Shown: one piece after another, positions 26,828-36,264 of the stretch
Position numbering within the stretch: position 1 is the first letter of the stretch
Layout of the letters: every line of letters begins with the position of its first letter
Assembly: GCA_035279135.1 (NCBI GenBank)
Contig: DATEII010000125.1
Span: forward strand, 740 to 64,739
Reading direction: 5' to 3'
Source of the DNA: Steroidobacteraceae bacterium
Lineage (GTDB): Bacteria > Pseudomonadota > Gammaproteobacteria > Steroidobacterales > Steroidobacteraceae
Length of the DNA: 64,000 bases
Translations under genes and position numbers: made by a program
Notes under the pieces: model-generated
Database searches by the model: none
What the model saw: only the letters and a program-made list of their open reading frames with translations
What the model was told of the DNA's origin: nothing

Positions 26828-29500
26828 TCAGAAGTTGAACTTGACCGAGGCGAGGAAGGTGCGCGGCGCACCGATGGAGAAGAAGCCCACGCCGCCGTTC
26901 ACGTTGGCCCCGGTGGTGGAGTTCACGCAGTTGAAGGTTCCCGACGAGCCCTCACGCAGGCAGGGCAGCGGCGTCGTGCTGGTGCGCCCCGCACCCGAGC
27001 TGATGGTGCCGAAGTATTCCTCGTCGAGGATGTTGGTGACGTTGAGCGCCAGTTCGACCGACTGGTTGTCGCCGAACTTGAAGCGATAACTCGCGTCGAG
27101 GTCCAGCACGGTGTACGCGGGCGTGGTCTCGTCGTTGAGATCGGTCGAGAACCGCTCGTCCACCCACTTGCCCTGCAGGCCGACGTGGAGATCTTCCGTG
27201 ATGTCGTAGTCCGCGCGCAGCGAGAAGGTCCACTCGGGCGTCTCGACCAGCTCGTTGCCCTTGAGTGGCAGGAACTGCATGACGTTGTTCGGCGGGGCAG
27301 CCGGGGGCGGCGGCGTCGGACCAAATGGCAGGTTCTCGAGCAGCTCGGTCTTGGTGTACGCCGCAGACGCGGTCAGCGAGAAGGCATCGCCAAAACGCTG
27401 GCCGAACTGCGCCTCGGCGCCCCACATGTCGACGTCACCGACGTTGCGATCCACGCTGAATCCCAGCTCGGGGTCGAACGACGAGACGATGCGGTTGGTG
27501 TAGTCGATCCTCCACAAGGCCACCGATGCGATGGTGCTCGGCAGGTTCAGGCGCCAGCCGAAATCGTAGGCCTTGGTGGTCTCCGACTCGGGGGTCGGGC
27601 GACCGACCGTGTTGTCCGCCTGGCGGCGCACCGAGTACAGGTTGTCGGTGCGCGGCGCCGACAGGCCTTCCGCGTACGAGACATAGAACATGTGCGCGTC
27701 CCACGGCGAGTACGACAGGCCGAGGTTCGGCAGGACGTCATCGAACCGCACGGTCTCGCTGTACGGCGCGATGAACTGGATCGCGGTCGCCGGGTTCGAC
27801 TGGAAAATCACGTTGCCGTTCGCCAGCGTCGCACTGGGTAAACGCGACGTGCACAGCGTGCTGCCGTTGGTCGCCGAGATGCTGCCGGCCGAATTGCCGC
27901 TGCCGCCGTTCGGCGTGTAGCAGTACTGGTTGAGCTCGCGCGTGAAGTACGGCGCACGTACGCCGACCGTCGCCGTGAACTTGTCCTCGAGGAACTGGCC
28001 GCGCCATTCCAGCGCGTACTGGCTCAGCTCGGCGATCGAGAACCGGTCGCGGCCGCGCAGGATGTCGCCATCCGCCGCGTACACGCGATCACCCTGGCGT
28101 CCCGCGAACTCGTTCTCCACCGGGCCGTCGCCGAGGATGTATCCCCATTGGCCGGTCTGACGATGGCGAGCACGATCCCAGGTGTAGGCGAAGCGCAGCC
28201 GGTTGTCTTCGTTGATGTCCCAGATCAGTGACGTGGTGGCGCCCCACCGCTTGGTGTTGGTGTTGTTGGGCGTGTAGTAGCGCACGGTGTCGAGGATGTC
28301 GCCGTCGCCGTTCAGGTCGAAGCCGGGAAGGTTCGACGCGCCGATGGGACGCACGTCGGCGCCGGTGCCGACGGTCTCGTTGATCGTGGTGGTGCCGCCG
28401 CCATTCGCGAGCGTGTACTGCCACGAAGGATCGAACGTCAGGCGTACGTGCTCACCCAGGTGCCACAACGACTGCATGCGGATGTTGCCGGTGTCGGACG
28501 GGTTGATGCGCACGCCCCAGTAGTTGGTGCAGCTCGAGGGATTGGCGAGATTGTCGGTGTTGAGCACCGTGCCCGAGGGCACCGGGCTTGCGTTCTCGTC
28601 ATCGCGGAACGCGGCAGTGGGCGCGTCGCGCGTGCACGAGGCCAGGTTGTCGTAATCGCGACCGAAGAGCTCGAAGTTTGCCGCGCTGGTGGTGCGGTAG
28701 AACGCATTGCGGTTCTGGTTGTAGTGGACCGCCAAGCTGATGAAATCCTCGTTCTCGAAGTCCTTGCGCACCATGGCGTTGAACTGCTTCTTCTCGAGGT
28801 CGCCTGGTCCCTTGAACTTGTCGTATTTCTGATAGGACGCGGCGAAGAAGGCGCCGATGCCGGAATCACCGAATTGCCCGGTGTCGACGCGCAGGAAACC
28901 GCGCATGTAATTGTCGCTGCCACCCGAGACCACGGCCTGGCCGCCGAACGTGTCACTCGGACGCTTGGTCTTGTAAGCCACCGTGCCGCCCGTGGCCGAC
29001 GCGGTCGGGCTGTCGACGTCCGTCGTGCCGAGGTTCACGTCCACGCGATCGACGAGCTCCGGATCGAGCATCTGGTTGGTGAACAGCGCGTAGTTGCCCG
29101 AGTCGTTCAACGGCACGCCGTCAAAGGTGACCGACACGCGCGAACCGTCGAAGCCACGGATGCGCAGGTTGCCGCCCGCCGTGCCGAACGCGTCCGAGTT
29201 CGTGAAATTGACACCAGGGATCTGGTTGATGCTCTGGAAGATGCTCTGGCCCGGAGTCTGGGTCGCCAGGTACTCGCTCGTGAGGCTCACGCGCGACTTC
29301 GGCGCCTTCTGATCCGTCACGAGGCCGATCTGGCGCACGCGCGAGGCGCTGACCACGACCTCGTTCATGTCTTCTTCGATGGCCTCGGTGCCCGAGGACT
29401 GGGCGAAGGCGTTCTGCGCCACGCCGGCGCCGAGAGTGAGCGCGGCGAGCAGGCTGAGTTTGTGGAAGCGGAGCAACATCGCTCCGTTGATGTTTCGCAT
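26828..29500 (-). CDS. TonB-dependent receptor
   Basis: The ORF was trimmed to ATG 29500 (MRNINGAMLLRFHKLSLLAALTLGAGVAQNAFAQ). It has NEVVVSASR and IPGVNFTN in the plug domain and a C-terminal ...FLASVKFNF. Confidence 0.9.
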   Translation of the reverse strand: MRNINGAMLLRFHKLSLLAALTLGAGVAQNAFAQSSGTEAIEEDMNEVVVSASRVRQIGLVTDQKAPKSRVSLTSEYLATQTPGQSIFQSINQIPGVNFTNSDAFGTAGGNLRIRGFDGSRVSVTFDGVPLNDSGNYALFTNQMLDPELVDRVDVNLGTTDVDSPTASATGGTVAYKTKRPSDTFGGQAVVSGGSDNYMRGFLRVDTGQFGDSGIGAFFAASYQKYDKFKGPGDLEKKQFNAMVRKDFENEDFISLAVHYNQNRNAFYRTTSAANFELFGRDYDNLASCTRDAPTAAFRDDENASPVPSGTVLNTDNLANPSSCTNYWGVRINPSDTGNIRMQSLWHLGEHVRLTFDPSWQYTLANGGGTTTINETVGTGADVRPIGASNLPGFDLNGDGDILDTVRYYTPNNTNTKRWGATTSLIWDINEDNRLRFAYTWDRARHRQTGQWGYILGDGPVENEFAGRQGDRVYAADGDILRGRDRFSIAELSQYALEWRGQFLEDKFTATVGVRAPYFTRELNQYCYTPNGGSGNSAGSISATNGSTLCTSRLPSATLANGNVIFQSNPATAIQFIAPYSETVRFDDVLPNLGLSYSPWDAHMFYVSYAEGLSAPRTDNLYSVRRQADNTVGRPTPESETTKAYDFGWRLNLPSTIASVALWRIDYTNRIVSSFDPELGFSVDRNVGDVDMWGAEAQFGQRFGDAFSLTASAAYTKTELLENLPFGPTPPPPAAPPNNVMQFLPLKGNELVETPEWTFSLRADYDITEDLHVGLQGKWVDERFSTDLNDETTPAYTVLDLDASYRFKFGDNQSVELALNVTNILDEEYFGTISSGAGRTSTTPLPCLREGSSGTFNCVNSTTGANVNGGVGFFSIGAPRTFLASVKFNF

Positions 29501-29682
29501 GGGTGTCTCCGGTGTTCTACGCGGCCATCTCTGCGGCGCTGCGTGACTTATGGAGTACACGTTAATGAGATGACGATCGAGTTACAACCGAAAACGGCGC
29601 CGGTGCTGTGTGTTCGCAACAGCACACTGCTACTCGCACTGTACGAATCTTGCGCATGCGAGCGCTAACTCGATGGGGGCCG

Positions 29683-30273
29683 TCAGGCCGGAATCTTTGC
29701 TCCCGCAAGAGCTTGCGAAAAATGCCTGCGGCACAGCGGCACGTAGCGTTCGTTGCCGCCGATTTCGATCTGCGCGCCTTCGCGTTCGGCCGTGCCGTCG
29801 GCCTTGACACGCACCACCATGATGGCCTTGCGACCGCAATGACAGATGGTCTTGATCTCGACCAGGTTGTCGGCCCAGCCCAGCAACTGCGCGCTGCCCG
29901 GGAAGAGCTCGCCGCGAAAGTCGGTGCGCAGGCCGTAACAGAGCACCGGGATGTTGAGCTCGTCGACCACCGAGCCCAGCTGCCGTACCTGTGACGGCGT
30001 CAGGAACTGCGATTCGTCGACCAGCACGCAGGCGAGGGGGGCGCGCTGCTGCTCGGCGGCAATCTCCGCGCGCATGTCCAGCGCCGTATGGAAATGGCGC
30101 GCCTCGCGTGCGATGCCGATGCGCGAGGCGATGCGCCCGCCGTCGCGCGAATCGATGCGCGCCGTGTACAGCAGCGTGCGCATGCCGCGCTCCTCGTAGT
30201 TGTGGCTGGCCTGCAGCAACGCGGTGGATTTACCCGCGTTCATGGTCGAGTAATAGAAGTAGAGCTTGGCCAC
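29683..30273 (-). CDS. tdk: Thymidine kinase
   Basis: GTG 30273 gives [30 protein letters not shown] (P-loop). The C-terminal zinc ribbon is CHCGRKA...YVPLCRRHF. The upstream part of ORF 29683..30570 is an out-of-gene extension. Confidence 0.92.
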   Translation of the reverse strand: MAKLYFYYSTMNAGKSTALLQASHNYEERGMRTLLYTARIDSRDGGRIASRIGIAREARHFHTALDMRAEIAAEQQRAPLACVLVDESQFLTPSQVRQLGSVVDELNIPVLCYGLRTDFRGELFPGSAQLLGWADNLVEIKTICHCGRKAIMVVRVKADGTAEREGAQIEIGGNERYVPLCRRHFSQALAGAKIPA

Positions 30274-30278
30274 GGTAG

Positions 30279-31211
30279 CTAGATCAGCTTGATCTCGCGC
30301 AGCCTTTCCTGCAGGAAATCGTGCGCGGTGATCGGGACGGGGAACTGGTCGGGGTGCTGCGCGTCCACGCACTGCGGCAGCGTTTCGATGAGGAAATCGG
30401 GATTGAAGTGCAGGAAGAACGGCAGCGAATAACGCGCCTTGCTGGCGCGCTCGCGCGGCGGATTCACCACGCGGTGCGTGGTCGAGCGCAGGCGCCGGTT
30501 GGTGAGCCGCTGGAGCATGTCGCCCACGTTGCAGACCAGCGAACCCGGCGCCGGATTGATGGGCAACCATTCGCCCTTCTTCGAGAGCACCTCGAGGCCG
30601 GGTTCTTCCGCGCCCAGCAGCAGCGTGATGACGTTGATGTCCTCGTGCGCGCCGGCACGCACCGACGGCGTGGGCTCGGGTGGCATCGGCGGGTAATGGA
30701 TCACGCGCAGCACGCTGTTGCCGAGGTTCACCTTGTCGTCGAAGTAGTTCTCGACGAGCCCGAGGGTGCGCGCGATCGGCGCGAGCAGCCGGCGGCCGAG
30801 AGCATCGAAGGACTCGTACAGCGAAAGCGTCGATTCCCGGAAGCCCGGGATTCCTTCGGGCCAGATGTTAGGTGCCATGTCGCGCGCATAACGGTGTCCC
30901 GGCGGAAGCTCCCGGCCCACGTGCCAGAATTCCTTGAGATCGAAGTGTTTCGAGTCCCTGGCGGTTTCGATGCCGAACGGCGTGTAGCCGCGCGCGCCGC
31001 CGCCGCCGGGCAGCTTGTAGCGCAGCTTTTCCGCGACCGGCAACGCGAAGAACCGCTGGAAACAGTCGAGGCAGTGCTCGATGGTCTGCCGCTCGATGCC
31101 GTGGTTCTCGATGATCACGAAGCCGTACTCTTCGTACGCCGCCGACAGGTCGCGCGCGAAGCGCGAGTCCTGGGTGGAGCGGGCATCGAGTGTGGGTACG
31201 GCGTCGATCAT
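30279..31211 (-). CDS. 2-oxoglutarate/Fe(II)-dependent oxygenase (isopenicillin-N-synthase-like family)
   Basis: 310 aa. [11 protein letters not shown] marks the N-terminal DIOX_N-like region. [13 protein letters not shown] and TTHRVVNP provide the HxD...H facial triad and the R.S motif. The stop lies 5 bp before the tdk start. Confidence 0.8.
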   Translation of the reverse strand: MIDAVPTLDARSTQDSRFARDLSAAYEEYGFVIIENHGIERQTIEHCLDCFQRFFALPVAEKLRYKLPGGGGARGYTPFGIETARDSKHFDLKEFWHVGRELPPGHRYARDMAPNIWPEGIPGFRESTLSLYESFDALGRRLLAPIARTLGLVENYFDDKVNLGNSVLRVIHYPPMPPEPTPSVRAGAHEDINVITLLLGAEEPGLEVLSKKGEWLPINPAPGSLVCNVGDMLQRLTNRRLRSTTHRVVNPPRERASKARYSLPFFLHFNPDFLIETLPQCVDAQHPDQFPVPITAHDFLQERLREIKLI

Positions 31212-31256
31212 GGGTGGGCTATTGTGCCTACCATGTCCGGGATGTAGAAGTCGCCC

Positions 31257-32192
31257 ATGGGTGGCTCACAATGTGCGGACGCGGTGCTCATGGTTCGACC
31301 GAGGCACTTCGGATTCAACGCCGAAACCGCGACCAGCAATCGTTTTCAGCGACCCGGTGGTTCCGACCAGACCGCGGCCCAGGCGCAGGCCGAGTTCGAC
31401 GCGTTCGCCGCGGCGCTGGCCGGTGAGGGCGTCACCGTCAGCATCGCGCCCGACTCCGACGAGCCGCGCAAGCCCGACGCGGTATTTCCCAACAATTGGG
31501 TGAGTTTCCACGCCGACGGCACCGTGGTGATCTATCCCATGCAGGCCGCGAACCGGCGTGCCGAGCGCCGGCGCGAAGTCATCGACTGCGTGGTGCGCGA
31601 CACGGGATTCAGGGTCCGCCGGACCGTCGATTTGACTCATCACGAAAAGGACGGGCGTTTCCTCGAAGGCACCGGCAGCCTGGTGCTGGACCACGTCGAG
31701 CGCGTCGCCTATGCGTGCCGCTCGCCGCGCACCGACGAAGCCGTGGCGCGCGACTGGGCCAGCGCGATGGAGTACCAGCTCGAGCTCTTCGACGCGCGCG
31801 ACTCGCGCGGCACACCGATCTATCACACCAACGTGGTCATGAGCATCGGCACGCGCATGGTGGTGGCGGCGCTCGAGAACATCGATGCCGCGGATCGCCA
31901 TCGCGTGGCCGCGCGCCTCGGCGCGCAACGCGAGCTGCTGCCCATCGACGGCGACGAGATGGCCGCTTTCGCAGGCAACGTGCTCGAGCTCGGCACCTGG
32001 GACGAGTACCTCGGCGATATGCGCATCCTGGTCATGTCGGCCACCGCGCAGCGCGCGCTGCCGGCGCACAAGTACGCGAGGCTGTATGCCTCGGTGGACG
32101 CCGTGCTGGCCGTGCCCATCGACGTGATCGAACGGCACGGCGGGGGCAGCGTCCGTTGTATGCTCGCCGAAGTGTTCCGCGGCGAAAGTTAG
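31257..32192 (+). CDS. ctlX: Amidinotransferase-fold hydrolase, citrulline-utilisation CtlX-like
   Basis: VLMVRPRHFGFNAETATSNRFQ at the N-terminus and GGGSVRCMLAEVF (Cys nucleophile) at the C-terminus are typical of the CtlX/arginine-deiminase-related family. Confidence 0.7.
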   Translation: MGGSQCADAVLMVRPRHFGFNAETATSNRFQRPGGSDQTAAQAQAEFDAFAAALAGEGVTVSIAPDSDEPRKPDAVFPNNWVSFHADGTVVIYPMQAANRRAERRREVIDCVVRDTGFRVRRTVDLTHHEKDGRFLEGTGSLVLDHVERVAYACRSPRTDEAVARDWASAMEYQLELFDARDSRGTPIYHTNVVMSIGTRMVVAALENIDAADRHRVAARLGAQRELLPIDGDEMAAFAGNVLELGTWDEYLGDMRILVMSATAQRALPAHKYARLYASVDAVLAVPIDVIERHGGGSVRCMLAEVFRGES

Positions 32193-32199
32193 TCGTTTC

Positions 32200-32844
32200 A
32201 TGGATTTCTTCCTCAAGGTACTGCTGGCGTACCTGCTCGGCTCCGTCGTCGGCAGCCTCGTCGTCGGCCGGCTGCGCGGCGGCGTCGACATCCGCAAGAT
32301 GGGCAGCGGCAACGCGGGCAGCACCAACGCGTTGCGTACGCAGGGCCTGGCATTCGGAATCTGGGTGATCATCATCGACGTGGTGAAAGGTGTGCTCGCG
32401 GCCGCCTGGATCCCGCGCCTCCCGATCCCCGGCATCGCCGCCTCTGCGGGCCCCGCGGCGGAGTGGTTGCCCGCCGTGTGCGGATTCGCGGCCATCGTGG
32501 GGCACGTGTTCCCGGTGTGGCATGGCTTCCGCGGCGGCAAGGGGGTGGCCACGCTGGTCGGGTCCTATGCAGGTCTGCAGCTGGTGCTGCTCGCGCCGCT
32601 CGTGGTGAGCTGGCTGGCGGTGGTCGTGGTGTCGGGGTTCGTCGGCCTGTCGTCGATCGCCGCCTCGCTCGCCATCCCCGTCTATCTACTGCTGCGTGAC
32701 GGCGCCCGGCTCACGCCGTTGCTCGGATTCGCGCTGGGCTGCGCGGTACTGGTCATCTACACGCATCGCGGCAACGTGCGTCGCATGCGTGCCGGCAGCG
32801 AGCCGCGCGCGCGCAAGCTCTGGCTGTTCGGGCGCGGCAAATGA
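32200..32844 (+). CDS. plsY: Glycerol-3-phosphate acyltransferase PlsY
   Basis: 214-aa polytopic protein. YLLGSVVGSLVVGRL...DIRKMGSGNAGSTNALR and FPVWHGFRGGKGVAT are the hallmark motifs. Confidence 0.93.
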   Translation: MDFFLKVLLAYLLGSVVGSLVVGRLRGGVDIRKMGSGNAGSTNALRTQGLAFGIWVIIIDVVKGVLAAAWIPRLPIPGIAASAGPAAEWLPAVCGFAAIVGHVFPVWHGFRGGKGVATLVGSYAGLQLVLLAPLVVSWLAVVVVSGFVGLSSIAASLAIPVYLLLRDGARLTPLLGFALGCAVLVIYTHRGNVRRMRAGSEPRARKLWLFGRGK

Positions 32845-33839
32845 CGCTCGTCGAGAGCCCACTGCCGCAGCGCGTATTCCAGCGGCTCGACGACCAGGAG
32901 TTCCGCTCGGGCGAGGCGCTGGCCGCGGAGCTGCACGTCACGCGCGCCGCGGTCTGGAAGGCGGTGGAACAATTGCGCGAGCTCGGAGTCGCGCTCGACG
33001 CGCAGTCCAACAAGGGCTATCGCCTCGCGCCTGGCGTGGGCGCGCTCGATGCACAGCGCATCGAGGGCAGGCTGCCCGCCGCCGTGCGCGCACGCATCGA
33101 AGCATTGCACGTGGAGTGGACGCTCGAGTCCACCAACACCTGGCTGCTGGAATTGCCGGCACCGCCGGCAGGTCGTGCCGCCGTGGCGCTCGCCGAGCAC
33201 CAGACCGGCGGGCGCGGCCGACGCGGCCGCACCTGGATCGCGCCGCCCGGTGGCGCCATCTGTCTTTCGGTGGCCTGGCAATACGCGGATCTGCCCGCGG
33301 ATCTCTCGGCCTTGAGCCTGGTGGTCGGGCTGGCCGTGGTCACTGCGCTCGATGAGCTCGGTATCGGTGGCACGCAGCTCAAGTGGCCGAACGATCTCGT
33401 GACGGCGCGCGGAAAATTGGGCGGCATCCTGCTCGAGATGCGCGCCGAGGGAGGCGGGCCCGTGCACCTGGTCATCGGGATCGGCCTCAACGTGTTGCTG
33501 GATGATACGGTGCGTGCCGCGGTGAACGCCGCCGGCAATGTTGCCGACGATCTGCATGCCCATCGCCGGCCGGCGCCCGATCGCAACGCCGTGGTCGCCG
33601 CGCTGTTGTCGCGGCTGATCCCTGCGCTCGAAGAGTTCCCGCGCAGCGGCCTGTCGCCGCACCTGGCGCAGTGGAAGGAGCGCGATGCGCTGCGCGACCA
33701 CGAAGTCCGCGTCGAAAATCTCGGCGAGATCACGCGGGGCATGGCGCGTGGCATCGATGCGCACGGCGCATTGCTCGTGGAGACCCCGGGCGGCGTGCAA
33801 CGCTTCATCTCCGGAGAAGTCAGCGTGCGCAGATCATGA
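32841..33839 (+). CDS. birA: Bifunctional biotin-[acetyl-CoA-carboxylase] ligase / biotin operon repressor
   Basis: It has an N-terminal wHTH, the GGRGRRGRTW biotin-binding loop and KWPNDL. ATGA overlaps with plsY upstream and coaX downstream. Confidence 0.92.
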   Translation: MTLVESPLPQRVFQRLDDQEFRSGEALAAELHVTRAAVWKAVEQLRELGVALDAQSNKGYRLAPGVGALDAQRIEGRLPAAVRARIEALHVEWTLESTNTWLLELPAPPAGRAAVALAEHQTGGRGRRGRTWIAPPGGAICLSVAWQYADLPADLSALSLVVGLAVVTALDELGIGGTQLKWPNDLVTARGKLGGILLEMRAEGGGPVHLVIGIGLNVLLDDTVRAAVNAAGNVADDLHAHRRPAPDRNAVVAALLSRLIPALEEFPRSGLSPHLAQWKERDALRDHEVRVENLGEITRGMARGIDAHGALLVETPGGVQRFISGEVSVRRS

Positions 33840-34606
33840 GCATCCTGCTGGTCGACATCGGCAATACGCGCGCCAAGTGGGCGGTGCTGCGCGGTGAGCG
33901 CCTGTCGGCGCCGCGCGCGCTCGCGCATCGCGACGGTCGCGCCGGCTTCGCAGCGTTGGTCACGGCCGTGCCGCGCGACGTCGAACGCGTGATCGCGGTC
34001 AGCGTGATGGGACAGAGATCCGAACGCGCGCTGTCCGCCGCCGTGCGTGCGCGCTTCGGGCTGCGCACGGAGTTCGTGCGTTCGACGCGCCAGGCCGCGG
34101 GTGTGCGCAATGCCTATCGCGATGTGTGGCGGCTCGGCGCCGATCGCTGGGTGGGGGTGATCGCGGCGCATGCGCTGGCCGGCGGACGTGCCGCGCTCGC
34201 CGTGAGCGTCGGGACTGCGCTCACCGTCGATGCCGTGGCCGGCGATGGCACGCATCTCGGCGGTGCGATCGCGGCTGGCCCCGACACCATGATCTCGAGC
34301 CTGTTGTCGGGCACGCAGGGAATTCGCCGTCGCGCGAAGGGCTCGCGCAGCGGCGCGCGCCGCTCGCGCGGCCTGTTCGCCGCCGACACGGCGAGCGCGC
34401 TCGACGCGGGCGCCGCCTTCGCCGCGGCCGCCTTCATCGACCGCGCCTGCGTAGAAGCGCGGACGACATTCGGGGCCCGGCCCATGCTGCTGCTCACCGG
34501 TGGCGCGGCGCGCGCCCTGCAGCCCTATATAAAGAGTGCGTTCCGGGTGGTCCCCGATCTCGTGCTGCGTGGCCTGGCCGTGCTGGCCAAGGCCGACCGC
34601 CGCTGA
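33836..34606 (+). CDS. coaX: Type III pantothenate kinase
   Basis: MSILLVDIGNTRAKWAV (ASKHA phosphate-1 motif), 256 aa. It follows the canonical birA-coaX arrangement. Confidence 0.9.
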   Translation: MSILLVDIGNTRAKWAVLRGERLSAPRALAHRDGRAGFAALVTAVPRDVERVIAVSVMGQRSERALSAAVRARFGLRTEFVRSTRQAAGVRNAYRDVWRLGADRWVGVIAAHALAGGRAALAVSVGTALTVDAVAGDGTHLGGAIAAGPDTMISSLLSGTQGIRRRAKGSRSGARRSRGLFAADTASALDAGAAFAAAAFIDRACVEARTTFGARPMLLLTGGAARALQPYIKSAFRVVPDLVLRGLAVLAKADRR

Positions 34607-34645
34607 CGCGGTCCGTCGCGGGCCATTTGCTACACTCGCGCCCGC

Positions 34646-35329
34646 GTGCGTGTCGCTCTTCTCGTGCTGGTGCTGGTCAACCTCGCCTATTTCGCGTGGG
34701 CGCAGTGGCTCGCGCCGAAGGAAGCCACGCTGCCCATCTCCGCGCGCGTCGATGCACCGAAGCTGCAGCTGGCGAGCGAGACCACCGCACTGCCGACCGG
34801 TGCGAACGGCAGCTGCGTCACCGTCGGACCCTTCCCCAACAACGAGCTCGCCGCGCGTGCGCGCCAGACGCTGACCGACAGCGGGTACCCGTCCACGCCG
34901 CGGCAGGAAACCACGTCCGAGCCCGATGGATACTGGGTCTATCTAGAGGCGCCCACGTCCCCGGTGGCCGAGCGGCGACTCATCGAGCGACTGACGCGCG
35001 GCGGTATCCGCGACGCACAGGCCGTCGGTGATCCCGGCGCGCGCCGCATCTCGCTCGGCATCTTCAGCGACGAGCAGCGCGCCGCGCTGCAATCCGAACG
35101 GGTCGCCAAGCTCGGCCTGCTGCCACAGATCGACGCGCGCGAAAAACCCGGCACCGCGATCTGGCTGGACCTGGCGCTCAAGTCGGGATCCCCGCCGCTC
35201 GAGGGGCAGAAGTTCCAGGCCGGGGACACCGAGCTCGAGTTCCGGCCGTGTCCGGCGGGCGAGGGCGCCGCCGAGCCGGATTCCGGGTCAGCCGGCCCCG
35301 CGGACGGCGAACCGGGAACCGATCAATAG
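34646..35329 (+). CDS. SPOR-domain membrane protein
   Basis: GTG start and an N-terminal TM segment (VALLVLVLVNLAYFAWAQW). It has two SPOR-like beta-alpha-beta-beta segments (CVTVGPFPNNELAARARQTL...GYWVYLE). The position after coaX is typical. Confidence 0.6.
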   Translation: MRVALLVLVLVNLAYFAWAQWLAPKEATLPISARVDAPKLQLASETTALPTGANGSCVTVGPFPNNELAARARQTLTDSGYPSTPRQETTSEPDGYWVYLEAPTSPVAERRLIERLTRGGIRDAQAVGDPGARRISLGIFSDEQRAALQSERVAKLGLLPQIDAREKPGTAIWLDLALKSGSPPLEGQKFQAGDTELEFRPCPAGEGAAEPDSGSAGPADGEPGTDQ

Positions 35330-35371
35330 CGTCCGACTGGCCGCGCGCCTAGAATCCTGCGCATCGCGGAT

Positions 35372-35447
<76 letters not shown>

Positions 35448-35548
35448 TCTCCACCTCTCAAGCGCATCCTTAAGAAAACTTCAGGATCGTCCGGCATCCC
35501 GTGCCGCTCCACGCGACTACTCTTCGCGCATCGCAAGGAGGAACGACC

Positions 35549-36256
35549 GTGAGCCAACTGACCCGGCGTAGTTTGATCCAGGCCGCTGCCGTGGGGCCGG
35601 TACTGGCGGTTGCCGCGCAGACGACGACCGCACCCGCGAAAGACGATGCCCCGAGCGGTGCCGCATTCGCCTTCCAGCACACGCCCGTGCCGCTGCCTTT
35701 CGACCCGAAGAGCCTGCACGGCATTTCGGAAAAACTCATCCAGTCGCACTGGGAGAACAACTACGTGGGCGCCAGCAAGGCGCTGAACGTGGTGCGCGGC
35801 CGTCTCACGCAGGCGCTCGGCGATCCGAACACGCCGCCCTACGTCTACACGGGTCTCAAGCGCGAACAATCCCTGCGCACGGGATCCGTCGTGTTGCACG
35901 AGTTCTACTTCGGCAATCTCGGCGGCGACGGCAAGGCGCCGGCGGACCTGCGCACGCGTCTGTCGCAGTCCTTCGGATCCTATGACCGCTGGGAGAGCGA
36001 GTTCCGCAAGATTGGCCAGGGACTTGGGGGCGGCTCCGGCTGGGTGGTGCTCGGCTTCAATGAGCATCTCAACCTGCTGGAAAACTACTGGCTCGCCGAC
36101 CACGCGACCAATCCGGCGGACACGCGGCCCATCCTGGTCATGGACATGTACGAGCACGCGTACCAGATGGACTACGGCGCGGCGGCGGCGAAGTACATCG
36201 ACGCATTCTTCGCGAACATCCAGTGGGATGCGGTCGCGAAGCGATTCTCCGCCTGA
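35549..36256 (+). CDS. Fe/Mn-family superoxide dismutase with a twin-arginine (Tat) signal peptide
   Basis: GTG 35549 lies 8 nt after AAGGAGG. The leader is VSQLTRRSLIQAAAVGPVLAVAAQT. Metal-ligand contexts are present: QSHWENNYV, VVLHEFYF and DMYEHAYQMDY. Confidence 0.82.
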   Translation: MSQLTRRSLIQAAAVGPVLAVAAQTTTAPAKDDAPSGAAFAFQHTPVPLPFDPKSLHGISEKLIQSHWENNYVGASKALNVVRGRLTQALGDPNTPPYVYTGLKREQSLRTGSVVLHEFYFGNLGGDGKAPADLRTRLSQSFGSYDRWESEFRKIGQGLGGGSGWVVLGFNEHLNLLENYWLADHATNPADTRPILVMDMYEHAYQMDYGAAAAKYIDAFFANIQWDAVAKRFSA

Positions 36257-36264
36257 ACGGCGCG

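Noticed and set aside
29501-29682. A Pho box upstream of the TBDR/EEP operon, which would support phosphate-starvation control.
   Set aside because: The best candidate, TCGTCATCTCATTAACGT (minus-strand orientation), matches only one half-site of the CTGTCAT-N4-CTGTCAT consensus. That is not convincing.
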